A model generated the notes under the pieces. The model saw only the letters and a program-made list of their open reading frames with translations. It had not been told where the DNA came from and did not search any database. From positions 5,082 through 69,081 of the forward strand of contig DASZRC010000012.1 in NCBI GenBank assembly GCA_035549315.1: 64,000 nt of DNA, read 5' to 3'. This stretch comes from Patescibacteria group bacterium (GTDB lineage Bacteria; Patescibacteriota; Microgenomatia; Levybacterales; GWA1-39-11). Of the stretch, positions 37,784-47,776 are shown piece by piece; position 1 is the first letter of the stretch, and the number at the start of each line of letters is the position of its first letter. Both the position numbers and the translations under genes were made by a program.

Positions 37784-38497
37784 TTATTTATTGGAAAATT
37801 CTTTTTTGATCTGGCGCATTAGAATGGAAAAAGATTTATGAGTTTCTTCCCTGGGCCTTGTATCCTCAACTTTGAATATTTTAATTAATTCCCCGTTTCT
37901 CATAACCCCAATCCTATCAGATAAAAGGTATGCCTCTTCTAATAAATGAGAAACCATAAGAATTGTTTTGTGGGTTTCTTCCCAGATTTTCAAAACACAT
38001 TTATGTAGCTCCTCAGTTGTTAGTGGATCAAGGGCGGAAAATGGCTCATCAAGAAGCAATATCTCAGGTTCAACGGCTAATGCCCTTGCCAAGCCAACTC
38101 TTTGGCGTTGGCCCCCGGATAATTCCCTTGGATATTTATTAGAAAACTCTGCTAGACTAACAAGTTCTATATATTTTGACGTTCTAGCTTTTATTTCATG
38201 TTGGGCTAGATTTTCCATTTTCATTCCAAACTCTACGTTTTCTTTCACAGTTAGCCAAGGGAAAAGTCCTGCGGATTGAAATGCCATAGCAACCCTTCCT
38301 TTTTTCTCAATTTTTCCGGACGTTGGTTTTTCAAGATCCGCAATGAGTTTTAATATTGTAGATTTGCCACAGCCGGATGGCCCCACCAAACAAAAGAACT
38401 CTCCGTCGTCAATTTCTAAATTGAAATCTAAAACCGCAGGTTTTTTACCACCCTTATAAATCTTTGTCACTTTTTCTAAATTTATTGCGCTAGTCAA
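37784..38497 (-). CDS. ABC transporter ATP-binding protein
   Basis: Walker A 'GPSGCGKST', signature 'LSGGQRQRVGLARAL', Walker B 'LLLDEPFSALD', H-loop. Confidence 0.85.
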   Translation of the reverse strand: MTSAINLEKVTKIYKGGKKPAVLDFNLEIDDGEFFCLVGPSGCGKSTILKLIADLEKPTSGKIEKKGRVAMAFQSAGLFPWLTVKENVEFGMKMENLAQHEIKARTSKYIELVSLAEFSNKYPRELSGGQRQRVGLARALAVEPEILLLDEPFSALDPLTTEELHKCVLKIWEETHKTILMVSHLLEEAYLLSDRIGVMRNGELIKIFKVEDTRPREETHKSFSILMRQIKKEFSNK

Positions 38498-39302
38498 ATC
38501 TAAACCTTTCTGCTACGTGTAGTAGCTTTTGCCAAACAAAATAATTAAATAATGTTATTACAATAATTAGGGTTGAGAGTGAAGTTATAAAAACAGCATT
38601 TTGTCCTTGGGAAAACGAATCAACCAAAAGGCTTCCGAGCCCAAAAAGATCATCTTTTGGTAAACCATTTGGTATATAAGTATGAAGCGCCTCTGCAACT
38701 ATTATGATGCTCCAAGATTCACTCCAGGCAAGTAATGACCCGGTTACAATATATGGAAAAATTGATGGCAAAGTAACATACCATAATCTTTTGAATCCGG
38801 TTGCCCCATAAACTTTTGCAGAATTTGTAATATCTTCCGGAATTGTTTTTAGTCCCCCAATCATGCTAAAAACTAGGCTTCCAATCATAGCAATTATGAT
38901 GATAAATATTGCAGCCCCCTCTAGGAAATTTGCTTTTACAAAAGCAACAACAATTATTGGAAAGAAAGCCAAAACCGGAATGGACTGAAGAATATCAAAC
39001 ATTGGGAGAAGAAATTTTTCCAGTGTCTGGTTTTTTGTTATTCCCAGGGCAAGCGGGACGCTTATTATAAGAGCTGCAAAATATGCGATAGTCAAACGAA
39101 TAAGAGTATTAATTGTTGCAATGACAATATCAATAATAGATATTTGTTTCACATCAAAAACGCTTTCCGGAAATAAAGATTTAATAACAACAATGCTTAT
39201 AAAAACTATTGTTGCAACTATTAAGATAAGGAGCGTGAAGTGACGTCTTAAAGATGTTCTATAGGAAAATCTATAGTGGTGGTGATAGTGCTTTACAGAC
39301 AT
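38490..39302 (-). CDS. ABC transporter permease (binding-protein-dependent type)
   Basis: ~6 TM helices; overlaps the ATPase gene by 8 nt (operon); EAA-like loop region present. Confidence 0.7.
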   Translation of the reverse strand: MSVKHYHHHYRFSYRTSLRRHFTLLILIVATIVFISIVVIKSLFPESVFDVKQISIIDIVIATINTLIRLTIAYFAALIISVPLALGITKNQTLEKFLLPMFDILQSIPVLAFFPIIVVAFVKANFLEGAAIFIIIIAMIGSLVFSMIGGLKTIPEDITNSAKVYGATGFKRLWYVTLPSIFPYIVTGSLLAWSESWSIIIVAEALHTYIPNGLPKDDLFGLGSLLVDSFSQGQNAVFITSLSTLIIVITLFNYFVWQKLLHVAERFRFD

Positions 39303-39341
39303 ACTAATATTGTAAGCACTATAGAGATTAAAGTTAAGTAC

Positions 39342-40220
39342 TTATTCTTTAAAGTGTTTTTGAATTATCGAAAGCATTTGTGGTTGAACTTCTTGATTTC
39401 CGGCAATTACTCCCATATATCCCGGTTGCCACTGCTCACCATAAATATTTGTTGCAATTCCACCGGCTTCTCTTACAAGTAGTGCTCCGGCTGATAGATC
39501 CCATGGGCTTGTCCAAGAAGATGCATAGCCGTCAAGTTTTCCTTCTGCTACCCAAGCAAGTTCTAGCGCTCCGGATTGGAATTCTCTATGAAACCTCCCG
39601 GAAACATCCGTAATTTCATCCATCGCGTTTCTAACTGCAGTAACTGCTTGTTTTTCCTTATCCCATTTACCACGATGTGCATCTCTTAATGGGGCAAAAG
39701 TAATTACGCATTTATCAAAAGGTCTGCTGCTTGTACTCATGGGTTCACCATTTTTGTATGCGCCTTGTCCGTCTATTGCATAATAGACGTTGCCGTTTAG
39801 AAAATCATTAACAACTCCCAGTTTTAGTTTTCCTGCTTCTGCCTTGGCTAGAGTAAAGTTGCATATTGGTATGCGTAGTGAAAAATTAGTTGTTCCGTCT
39901 ATCCCATCAATTACCCAAAAGTCTCCTCCGGATATGTCTTGGTTTGGAGATATCTCTTCGCTCATTATAACCGCGTCGGGTTCAAAATCACGAATAGTAT
40001 TTATCCCAATTGCCTCGGCTTGTTGATCAAAAGGGGTGTATTCGCTTTTATCATCATTAACTCTAATTTCATAATCCTTGCTGTAGAACGCGTTTTTAAG
40101 AAATGTCCCAGCCTTTACAGAAGCTTGAATTGCTATTTTTAAATCCGGATTTTGTTCCACAAGAGGCCATTGCTCAATTTTTGGTTCCAGGTTTCCCTGT
40201 GGTAATCTTTCTTGGGTCAT
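39342..40220 (-). CDS. inositol monophosphatase family protein
   Basis: 'WVIDGIDGTTNF' (DPIDGT motif) plus metal-binding residue pattern. Confidence 0.75.
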   Translation of the reverse strand: MTQERLPQGNLEPKIEQWPLVEQNPDLKIAIQASVKAGTFLKNAFYSKDYEIRVNDDKSEYTPFDQQAEAIGINTIRDFEPDAVIMSEEISPNQDISGGDFWVIDGIDGTTNFSLRIPICNFTLAKAEAGKLKLGVVNDFLNGNVYYAIDGQGAYKNGEPMSTSSRPFDKCVITFAPLRDAHRGKWDKEKQAVTAVRNAMDEITDVSGRFHREFQSGALELAWVAEGKLDGYASSWTSPWDLSAGALLVREAGGIATNIYGEQWQPGYMGVIAGNQEVQPQMLSIIQKHFKE

Positions 40221-40308
40221 AATAAGATTTTAACATATATTAGCCTCAATGCTTGTTTATTGAACCAAGGTTGTTGCAGCTAAATTTCTTCTGTGTTATA
40301 TGTAGTTT

Positions 40309-40869
40309 ATGTCAGGCAATATTACACCGGAAGAATTTCTAGGCTGGGGTAGAGAGGACGATAATGATTTAGGCAATGAAAGGCCGCAGCAAGTTGATGC
40401 TCCATATGCAACTTGGCAAAGCTTAATAAGTGATGATCAATGGGCGTATTACTTGTTAACTCCGGCAGAGTTATACGATAAATTAATTGAGAATCCAAAT
40501 GGTCTTAAGCCAAACTTAGGAAGAGAACAATTTATAGAAAAGGAAGAAGGAAATAGGGCAAAAGACAGAAGAGATTTTGAGAGAGCAGGAAAGATATTAT
40601 TTTATACTGAGGGGCCTTTTGAAGGCAGCAAGGCTGATGGTAACTTGCTTGGCGGAGAAACCACTAGGGTTATGGCTTTTGGAAGAATGGTTTCCGTATC
40701 GGGTTTAGAAAAAGAGGCAGTACTTAAGCTTGCTAATGACGTTGCAGTGAAGCCGGTTTATTCTCCGGAAGGAAGTCTACAGGCCATTGCAACTGCATTC
40801 GGAAAAGTTGTAGGGGGTGAAGGAAGAGGCTCATCTTGGGGTAAGAAAATGGAATATTACCCAAGGTGA
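40309..40869 (+). CDS. hypothetical protein
   Basis: 186-aa ORF; TTAGCCTCAA motif ~60 nt upstream. Confidence 0.45.
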   Translation: MSGNITPEEFLGWGREDDNDLGNERPQQVDAPYATWQSLISDDQWAYYLLTPAELYDKLIENPNGLKPNLGREQFIEKEEGNRAKDRRDFERAGKILFYTEGPFEGSKADGNLLGGETTRVMAFGRMVSVSGLEKEAVLKLANDVAVKPVYSPEGSLQAIATAFGKVVGGEGRGSSWGKKMEYYPR

Positions 40870-40901
40870 TTATATCAAATGTAATTAGTCTGATATCTTA
40901 C

Positions 40902-41531
40902 TCAATTCCGCTCAGATTTTTTGGACATTTTTATTTCTAATTTGATAAATCTTTTACCTAGGAAAAACAAAAAGATAAGAATTATAATTCCTGCAATAAT
41001 TTGTGGAATTGGGGCAAATGCAGACCATAATGACAGGGCTTTGTAGTAAATTCCTTCAATTAATGATCCCGGCACTACTGTGAAATAAAGCTTAGTAGCC
41101 GCTGCAATATTAACAGAGGTTTGACCATTTCCAATCTTTTTAACAGGTTGTGCCTCTAGATATGCAAAATATTCTCCGGGAACAGTTTTTACCGGGAGAT
41201 TAAGGGTTATCCGTACAGTTTGAACCCTCTTTGGTTCTAGATGAAACGTTTTTGGTGAAAATATAAACCAACTCTCCTCAGGTATAAGTTGTGGCTGCTT
41301 TTCTTGGTGCTCTATTAAAACTCTATAATCGGAGGGTTGATCTCCTGTGTTTAAAACAGTTATAGCCGGAAGATTATAAATTTGCCCCTGCTTTAATTGT
41401 TGATCAACTTGAATTTTTCCAACTCCAACACCAACTCCTAAATCTGCAAACACTTTAGAAGTGGAGAAGACCATTAAGACGAGGAGGAGAAAGATTATCT
41501 TTTTGGTCATTAGTTTAGTTTTTTTATCCAA
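40902..41531 (-). CDS. secreted protein with C-terminal TM anchor; first gene of a surface-protein cluster
   Basis: Signal peptide, beta-rich ectodomain, C-terminal TM 'IIAGIIILIFLFFLG' and basic tail; architecture recalls anchor components of Gram-positive cell-surface complexes (inference). Confidence 0.5.
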   Translation of the reverse strand: MDKKTKLMTKKIIFLLLVLMVFSTSKVFADLGVGVGVGKIQVDQQLKQGQIYNLPAITVLNTGDQPSDYRVLIEHQEKQPQLIPEESWFIFSPKTFHLEPKRVQTVRITLNLPVKTVPGEYFAYLEAQPVKKIGNGQTSVNIAAATKLYFTVVPGSLIEGIYYKALSLWSAFAPIPQIIAGIIILIFLFFLGKRFIKLEIKMSKKSERN

Positions 41532-41543
41532 TATATTTAAAAT

Positions 41544-42056
41544 TTAATGTATGACAGCTTGGACAGTGACATCAACTGATTGTTGGGTGTAAACAGATGA
41601 TGTTTGAGGGGTTGTAATATAAAGATCAAAGGTTTGGGTACCATTTGCCGCCACATTTCCAGACCCCAGAGCTTGGTAATTTGTTGTTAAGGCAGTATAG
41701 TTAGTTGGTGCACTGGCACAGGACGCAGTGCAGAATCTGTGAATGTAGTGATCGGTTGTGGAGTTTGTTGTATCTAGTGTCCAGTTGGCGCTATTTGTTC
41801 CCCTTATATTTAGATCTTCAGCAACATTTCCATTATTTGTTGCTGTTTGGGTATCGCTCCCATTAGTACCTGCAGAAGAGTTAGCCCCAAGAGTTCCATA
41901 AGATACGGTTCCATCACTAATACTTACTGAAATATTCTGAACAGTGACTGTAGCAGTAACCGTAGCCGTTGAGGTAGCATAAACAAAATTTCCTCGCCCA
42001 CCAAACATAACTAAAATAATTAACAAAATTAATAAAAACAGATAACGGACAGGCAT
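41544..42056 (-). CDS. small secreted protein made almost entirely of a ~130-aa domain shared with the C-terminus of the 1,355-aa neighbour
   Basis: Shared blocks: 'VSISDGTVSYGTLGANSSAGTNGSDTQTATNNGNVAEDLNIRG' vs 'VSVADGTVSYGVMS...LNDTQTATNNGNVAEDFNISG'; 'ANWTLDT' vs 'CPWTLSS'; '(T/S)YQALGSGN(V/L)AANGTQ(T/A)FDL'; 'QQSVDVT(V/I)QAV(I/A)H'. Confidence 0.55.
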   Translation of the reverse strand: MPVRYLFLLILLIILVMFGGRGNFVYATSTATVTATVTVQNISVSISDGTVSYGTLGANSSAGTNGSDTQTATNNGNVAEDLNIRGTNSANWTLDTTNSTTDHYIHRFCTASCASAPTNYTALTTNYQALGSGNVAANGTQTFDLYITTPQTSSVYTQQSVDVTVQAVIH

Positions 42057-42124
42057 AAAATGTAAGAGTTTAGTAAGAACTCTGTAAATAGGTTATTCTA
42101 AAAAGTATGCGCTTGTCAATAGTC

Positions 42125-45100
42125 TTAGTGAGCAACGGCCTGTATTGTTACGTCAACAGATTGTTGACTACTGCAGGCGGTTGAAGTAGGAGTTGTTAGC
42201 TTTAGGTCAAAAGCCTGTGTTCCATTTGCCGCCAAATTTCCGGACCCCAGAGCTTGATAGCTTGTTGTAAGAGGGGTCCAGTTGCTGCCACTGTTGGTAG
42301 AAAATGAATGTACATATTGATCTGTTCCGCTTGATGAGCTTAGTGTCCATGGGCAAGAGGTATTTTGCCCGGATATATTAAAATCTTCTGCCACATTTCC
42401 GTTATTAGTAGCTGTTTGAGTATCATTAAGACCTGAGGCTGTTGTATCTTTGTTTTGATTTATTGACATCACTCCATAAGATACGGTTCCATCGGCAACA
42501 GAAACCGATATAACAGTACTTAATCCTCCCCAGGCAACATACCAATATGTGGTTGATGAGGCATTCGTTTCGGAAGCTGTTCCAACACTAAATCCATCAA
42601 GATCAAGGCTTGTTATTGCATTTGTTATACTAGCAACGTTAATAAAGGGGAGTGCAAAATTTCCTACGCCATCGCTTGTTCTTTGAATACCTCTTGTTGC
42701 AGTTCCAGCTGATCTTTTTACCCATAGATAGTCTGGCTGAAGTCCAACACTTGAAACACCATGTGAGGATCCTGTTCCGGAATATGACCCGACTTTAAAG
42801 TTTGTCCCAGTTTTAAACCCAAAGTACCAATAAATATTAGCTGCCGTGTTTACATTTGCAGTAGTTCCAATCTGAAATCCGTCAGAATTTAAAGTTTGAA
42901 TGTTGTTAGCAGTGTCATTAGTTGCTGCAAAGAAAGCAGATGTGTCTCCAGCTTGAGATGAGCTTCTAAAGGTTCCACCCGTGGCACCGCTTCTTTTTAC
43001 CGTTACCATATCGGCCTGAAGTGGTAGGCGGCCAATATTTGTATTGTCTATTCCATTTCCATAGTAGGCGCCAATATAAAAATCAGAAGCGCCCGTGGCA
43101 GTCATAGGGTTCCATGCATTTCCGTAAGCCACCCAATAATATGTCACACCGGTGCTGTTTGCTGTTGTGCTGGTTCCTACAGTAAAACCATTAGGATTAA
43201 TTGCCGTTATTGCTCCTGCAAGATTTGCTGTTGCGCTATCTAAATATGCCGTGGAATCTCCACCCATCATGCTGGTTCTAAAAACACCGGCTTGTGCTGT
43301 ATCTCCCTTTATTATAATTAGGTCAGGCTGAAATCCTAAATTAGTTATTCTTTGATACGCACCATTTCCCGTATATGTTCCTTTTGCCATTTCAAAAGAG
43401 CCACTTGATGAATGATCAGAAGCGCCACCAAAAGCAGCATAATAAATTGTATTACCACTTCCATTGGACATAGAATTTGTACCTACACTAAATCCATCTG
43501 AATCAAGTGAAGTTATGACTCCTGTTGAATTAGCAGTTTTGGTGAAAAGACTTGAGTTGTTTCCATACGACTCGGGTGTATTATAAACAGCAGAAACTGG
43601 AGTAACTGCATCTGCATTTTTAACAAAGACCCAGTCGGGAGAGAATCCTACTCCGGTTATTCCATGGGCAGATCCTGTTCCTGAATAGGAGCCAACCTTA
43701 ACGGCATTTGCAGTATTTTTGAATGCCACAAAATAATAAATTCCTCCACTTGCATTATTTGTTGTGCCAACTGTAAACCCGGTTGAATCAAGAGTTGTGA
43801 AGAGTGCTCCTGTTGTATCTTGAGCCGTGGCATCAAAGTATTGGCCAACATTCGTTCCCATGGAAGAAGTTCTAAATGTTCCTGTGACAGCTGTTGAGCG
43901 TTTGATCCAAGTAAGGTCTGGCTGAAAACCTACATTCGAAATAGATTTTGTTGCATTGCCATCACCCTGATATTCTCCAATGCAAAACATGCCGGATGCT
44001 GAGCAATCTGATCCGGCAAAAGCAATCCAAGTGACTCTAACATTTGCAGTACTTTGAGTTCCGGAGACTGTAAATCCGTCATCTTCCAAATTGACCCACC
44101 CAGTTGTATTATCAGCAGTCGAAATAAAATAAGACGTATTAGGGCCGGGCATTAGAGTTGTTGAAAACATTGCGCCAAGAGTGTTCGAATCAGATTTTAG
44201 AATAACAAGTTGAGGTCTAAAGCCAAGCCCTGTTATTTGAACAGGATTTGTGTTTCCTATATAGTATCCCGTCTGCATTTTAAAGGTTGGTGTTGTAGGA
44301 GAAAAATTATCTTTCCATGCAACATACCAATATGTGTTTGAATTTGTATTTGCTTCAGCCGCTGAACCTACGGAAAATCCGTTAGATAGAATACTCGTAA
44401 CTGCATTGTTTACATTTGCTGCATTTAAAAAAGGTAAAGAACTATTTGCAGCACCATCACTTGTCCTTAGGATAGATTGTGTTGTACCGGATCGTTTTAT
44501 CCATATATTGTCCGGTTGAAAACCTACGGATGTTATATTTTGAGAGCTTCCGTTCCCACCATATTGACCTACTTTAAATTCGGAGCCATTTTTAAACCCA
44601 AAGTACCAATATACATTTGCCGCCGTATTCACATTCGCAGTAGTTCCCACCTGGAATCCGTCAGATGTAAGCGATTGTACGTTATTTGCAGTATCAGCTG
44701 TGGCTGTAAACAGGGCAGAGGTGTCACCTGCTTGAGCAGAGGTTCTAAATACGCCAGCTGTTGCACCGCTTCTTTTTACTGTTACCATATCTGCTTGAAA
44801 CGGTAAGCGGGTAATGTTTCTATTATCCGCTCCATTTCCATAGTAGGCGCCAATATAAAAATCGGAGGCCCCACTATTTGCCGCCGGATTCCATGCGTTT
44901 CCATAAGCCACCCAATAATATGTCGCCCCGGCACTATTAACCGTTGCGTTTGTTCCCACGGTAAAACCTTTTGGATTTATGGCGATGATCCCTCCGGAGA
45001 AATTTGCAACAGCGTTTCCAAAATATGCAGTGGAATCCCCACCCATCATGCTGGTTCTAAAGACCCCATATTGCGCTGTGTCTCCTTTAATAATTATTAG

Positions 45101-46192
45101 GTCAGGTGAAAATCCTAGGTTTGAAACAATAATATTACTGCCAGTGCCCGTGTAAGTGCCGCTTTCCATTTTGAATGTTCCGCTCCCCGGTGATAGTGAA
45201 CTTGCCCCTGCAAAAGCAGCATAATAAATTGTATTACCGCTTCCATTGGACATAGAATTTGTTCCCACACTAAATCCATCTGAATCAAGTGAAGTTATGA
45301 CCCCTGTTGAATTAGCGGTTGCTGTAAATAAGCTGGAATTATCCCCGTAAGATTCATTTGTGTTATAAACAGCAGAAACGGGAGTAACTGCATCTGCATT
45401 TTTAACAAAGACCCAGTCGGGAGAAAATCCTACTCCTGTTATTCCATGGGCAGATCCCGTTCCTGAATAACTACCAACCTTCATTGCTCCGGATGAGTTT
45501 TTGAATGCCACATAATAATAAATTCCACCACTTGCATTATTTGTTGTGCCAACTGTAAACCCGGTTGAATCAAGAGTTGTGAAGAGAGCGCCTGTTGTAT
45601 CTTGAGCGGTCGCCGCAAAGTATTGGCCAACATTCGTTCCCATAGAAGAAGACCTCCAGTTGCCGGCGACTGCAGTTGTTTGTTTTACCCATACAAGATC
45701 CGGTTGAAAGCCAACCGAGGTAATAGACTGTGTAGAATTTCCATTTCCGGAATATGCTCCAATACAAAAAGTTCCTGATGAACTACAATCCGCGCCCGTG
45801 AATGCAATCCATGTGTACCTAATATTGGCAGTGCTCATAGTGCTTGATACTGTGAAGCCGTCGACTTCTAAATTAACCTGTCCTGTTGTGTTGTCAGCGG
45901 TAGCAATGAAAAAAGCCGTATTAGGGCCGGGCATTAATGTGGTGGAAAATACAGCTCCGGAGGTATTTGTATCAGACTTAATTATTACCAGTTGTGGTTT
46001 AAATCCAAGACCAGTTATATGAACTGGATTTGTGTTCCCCACGTAGTATCCTGTCTGCATAGAAAAAGTTGAAGCGTTTGCCACTTTGGTTTTCAATGGA
46101 AATGCGGGATTTTGTAGCAGTGGTGGCCAGCCTGTAAATAGCCAGAATAACAACAGTAAAACAGTAAAGCTTTTTTTGACTGTACGTTTCAT
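42125..46192 (-). CDS. giant secreted repeat protein (1,355 aa): 12 ~90-aa sub-repeats in two ~590-aa super-repeats plus C-terminal shared surface domain
   Basis: Signal peptide; sub-repeat consensus G.Y.G.G.....I...GF.PD...(I/V)K.......(F/W)R(T/S)S.M.......F....(G/N)..(L/I)...GF.VG........YY(W/Y)(V/F)A(F/Y); C-terminal domain homologous to the 41544 ORF. Confidence 0.7.
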   Translation of the reverse strand: MKRTVKKSFTVLLLLFWLFTGWPPLLQNPAFPLKTKVANASTFSMQTGYYVGNTNPVHITGLGFKPQLVIIKSDTNTSGAVFSTTLMPGPNTAFFIATADNTTGQVNLEVDGFTVSSTMSTANIRYTWIAFTGADCSSSGTFCIGAYSGNGNSTQSITSVGFQPDLVWVKQTTAVAGNWRSSSMGTNVGQYFAATAQDTTGALFTTLDSTGFTVGTTNNASGGIYYYVAFKNSSGAMKVGSYSGTGSAHGITGVGFSPDWVFVKNADAVTPVSAVYNTNESYGDNSSLFTATANSTGVITSLDSDGFSVGTNSMSNGSGNTIYYAAFAGASSLSPGSGTFKMESGTYTGTGSNIIVSNLGFSPDLIIIKGDTAQYGVFRTSMMGGDSTAYFGNAVANFSGGIIAINPKGFTVGTNATVNSAGATYYWVAYGNAWNPAANSGASDFYIGAYYGNGADNRNITRLPFQADMVTVKRSGATAGVFRTSAQAGDTSALFTATADTANNVQSLTSDGFQVGTTANVNTAANVYWYFGFKNGSEFKVGQYGGNGSSQNITSVGFQPDNIWIKRSGTTQSILRTSDGAANSSLPFLNAANVNNAVTSILSNGFSVGSAAEANTNSNTYWYVAWKDNFSPTTPTFKMQTGYYIGNTNPVQITGLGFRPQLVILKSDSNTLGAMFSTTLMPGPNTSYFISTADNTTGWVNLEDDGFTVSGTQSTANVRVTWIAFAGSDCSASGMFCIGEYQGDGNATKSISNVGFQPDLTWIKRSTAVTGTFRTSSMGTNVGQYFDATAQDTTGALFTTLDSTGFTVGTTNNASGGIYYFVAFKNTANAVKVGSYSGTGSAHGITGVGFSPDWVFVKNADAVTPVSAVYNTPESYGNNSSLFTKTANSTGVITSLDSDGFSVGTNSMSNGSGNTIYYAAFGGASDHSSSGSFEMAKGTYTGNGAYQRITNLGFQPDLIIIKGDTAQAGVFRTSMMGGDSTAYLDSATANLAGAITAINPNGFTVGTSTTANSTGVTYYWVAYGNAWNPMTATGASDFYIGAYYGNGIDNTNIGRLPLQADMVTVKRSGATGGTFRSSSQAGDTSAFFAATNDTANNIQTLNSDGFQIGTTANVNTAANIYWYFGFKTGTNFKVGSYSGTGSSHGVSSVGLQPDYLWVKRSAGTATRGIQRTSDGVGNFALPFINVASITNAITSLDLDGFSVGTASETNASSTTYWYVAWGGLSTVISVSVADGTVSYGVMSINQNKDTTASGLNDTQTATNNGNVAEDFNISGQNTSCPWTLSSSSGTDQYVHSFSTNSGSNWTPLTTSYQALGSGNLAANGTQAFDLKLTTPTSTACSSQQSVDVTIQAVAH
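42560..46120 (-). repeat. recent ~1.78 kb tandem duplication inside the giant gene
   Basis: Near-identical stretches offset by ~1775-1785 nt (CCATGGGCAGATCC[T/C]GTTCCTGAATA at ~43660 and ~45445; TTTTAAACCCAAAGTACCAATA at ~42815 and ~44590). Confidence 0.75.
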
Positions 46193-46193
46193 A

Positions 46194-47087
46194 TTATTTT
46201 ATTACACGCTGTCCAAGTCTTAAAAATTCAAGGATATTAATAAGCGCAGGATTATTCACTGCAATAATATTTCCATTTTCCGCAGAGACATGAATAGATA
46301 TTGGAAGTTTTAAAGTTAATAATCCAAGAATTTGAAAATTTTGCAATCCACTAACTACATATACGGGTTTATTGTCAACTGCTTTAAGAATAGAAGTTAT
46401 GCTTGATGGAATAATAAATGAGCCTTGGGTTTTAATAGCATCTATTACCTTAACGGGTGCAATAACTTCATATGTTTTTCCGTCAATGACTACATTAATC
46501 TTTTCGCGCGTTGTATCAAGTTGCACGGGCAAGGATGTTTCTGTTTGTGTATCTCCTTGAGTTATCACTAAATTTCCACTGGAAGTAGCAGGTGTAATAG
46601 TTAATGTGCCATTATTTATTGACTCCATAATTATTTCATCTACAGATTGAGTTGTTGAATCAGTTGGGCTAGTTATCGTGGCTATTAGCGTGTTTTCTGG
46701 TATAGAAGTTGGAGTGGGAGTTGAAGTTGACTCCGGAGAGTTTGTAGGAGTTGGAGTGGAGTTTGGTGCAGAAGTAGGTGTGGGGGAAGGAGTAGAGGTA
46801 GGGGTAAGGGTTGGAGAGGGAATTGGCGTATCAGTGGGAATAAAAGAAGAAACACTTACGGTTATGATAATTCCAGATGATGCACCCAGGACATTGCTTT
46901 TGTAAAGTTTTTTATCTAAAAAAAGATATTTATCAATACTGCCGTTATCAGATAAAAATAATACTCTGCCATCAGATTTTATAACAAGAGATTTAGCATA
47001 TATAGAGTAGGGGTTAATAAAAAGAAAAAGAATAACAAAACAAAAAAGGGTTGAAATTTTAAGCCACATGTAGCTAAATTGTATCAA
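46194..47087 (-). CDS. secreted protein with long PT/ST-rich linker (cluster member)
   Basis: Hydrophobic N-terminus; 'PTDTPIPSPTLTPTSTPSPTPTSAPNSTPTPTNSPESTSTPTPTSIP'; stop 1 nt before the giant gene's start codon. Confidence 0.55.
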   Translation of the reverse strand: MIQFSYMWLKISTLFCFVILFLFINPYSIYAKSLVIKSDGRVLFLSDNGSIDKYLFLDKKLYKSNVLGASSGIIITVSVSSFIPTDTPIPSPTLTPTSTPSPTPTSAPNSTPTPTNSPESTSTPTPTSIPENTLIATITSPTDSTTQSVDEIIMESINNGTLTITPATSSGNLVITQGDTQTETSLPVQLDTTREKINVVIDGKTYEVIAPVKVIDAIKTQGSFIIPSSITSILKAVDNKPVYVVSGLQNFQILGLLTLKLPISIHVSAENGNIIAVNNPALINILEFLRLGQRVIK

Positions 47088-47178
47088 CTAAATCTAAATA
47101 AATGAAGGTGAGAGTCTTGCAGGTGGATAGATGTTACCGTGTTGTTGGTTCTAAATGTGGTAGCTTTGCTGGAACTTA

Positions 47179-47703
47179 TTATGTTGGATAGATCCTATAT
47201 TCCACCTCATCTAGAACGTTTCCTTGTAGATTGGTTTTTAAATATTCATTCTCAACAATTCCACCTAGGCTTTCAGCAATTTTTCTGCTTGCCGTATTTT
47301 TCTTATCAACGGGGTAAATAATGTATTTGTAATATAAATTTTTATCTATCCATTTCTTTAAAGCGGTGACAGCTTCTCTTCCATATTTATTTCCATGAGC
47401 ATTTTTCTTTATCCATATGCCTAATTCTGGGGTATCAGAGTTGAGATGATTAATTCCACCATGACCTAAAAACTCTCCAGTTTCTTTGTTGAGTACTACA
47501 ACCTGAAATTGTTCACCTGCTTCCATTTTTTCTCTTGAAGACTTAATGAAAGTTAATGTTTCTGAAATGTCATCTGCTGGTTTTGGATACATGTATTCAG
47601 TTATCTCTTGGGTTAATTCTTTGTAAATATCTTGAGCGTATTTTTCCGAAGTTGGGAGCAATTTTAACCGCTCTGATTCAATAATTTCGCTAAATAAGTT
47701 CAT
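47179..47703 (-). CDS. GNAT family N-acetyltransferase (RimJ/RimL-like)
   Basis: 'QFQVVVLNKETGEFLGHGGINHLNS...GIWIKKNAHGNKYGREAVTALKKWI' acetyl-CoA-binding pattern; extended -10 (TGATATAAT) 9 nt upstream of ATG. Confidence 0.7.
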   Translation of the reverse strand: MNLFSEIIESERLKLLPTSEKYAQDIYKELTQEITEYMYPKPADDISETLTFIKSSREKMEAGEQFQVVVLNKETGEFLGHGGINHLNSDTPELGIWIKKNAHGNKYGREAVTALKKWIDKNLYYKYIIYPVDKKNTASRKIAESLGGIVENEYLKTNLQGNVLDEVEYRIYPT

Positions 47704-47744
47704 TAGAGAAATTATATCAAAAGCGGTACGTTCGAGTCCCTTTG

Positions 47745-47776
47745 GTAGGCCTAAGTAACTATGTTAGAACGTATTA
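47745..47776 (-). repeat. cassette-boundary repeat A4 (GTAGGCCTAAGTAACTATGTTAGAACGTATTA), degenerate tRNA-Trp 3'-core
   Basis: Ends with the stop codon of the 47774..48352 gene; aligns with A1-A3. Confidence 0.5.

Noticed and set aside
47715-47745. GTTCGAGTCCC resembling a tRNA T-loop upstream of the A4 repeat
   Set aside because: No complementary T-stem or acceptor arms could be folded; region is the promoter (TGATATAAT) of the GNAT gene.
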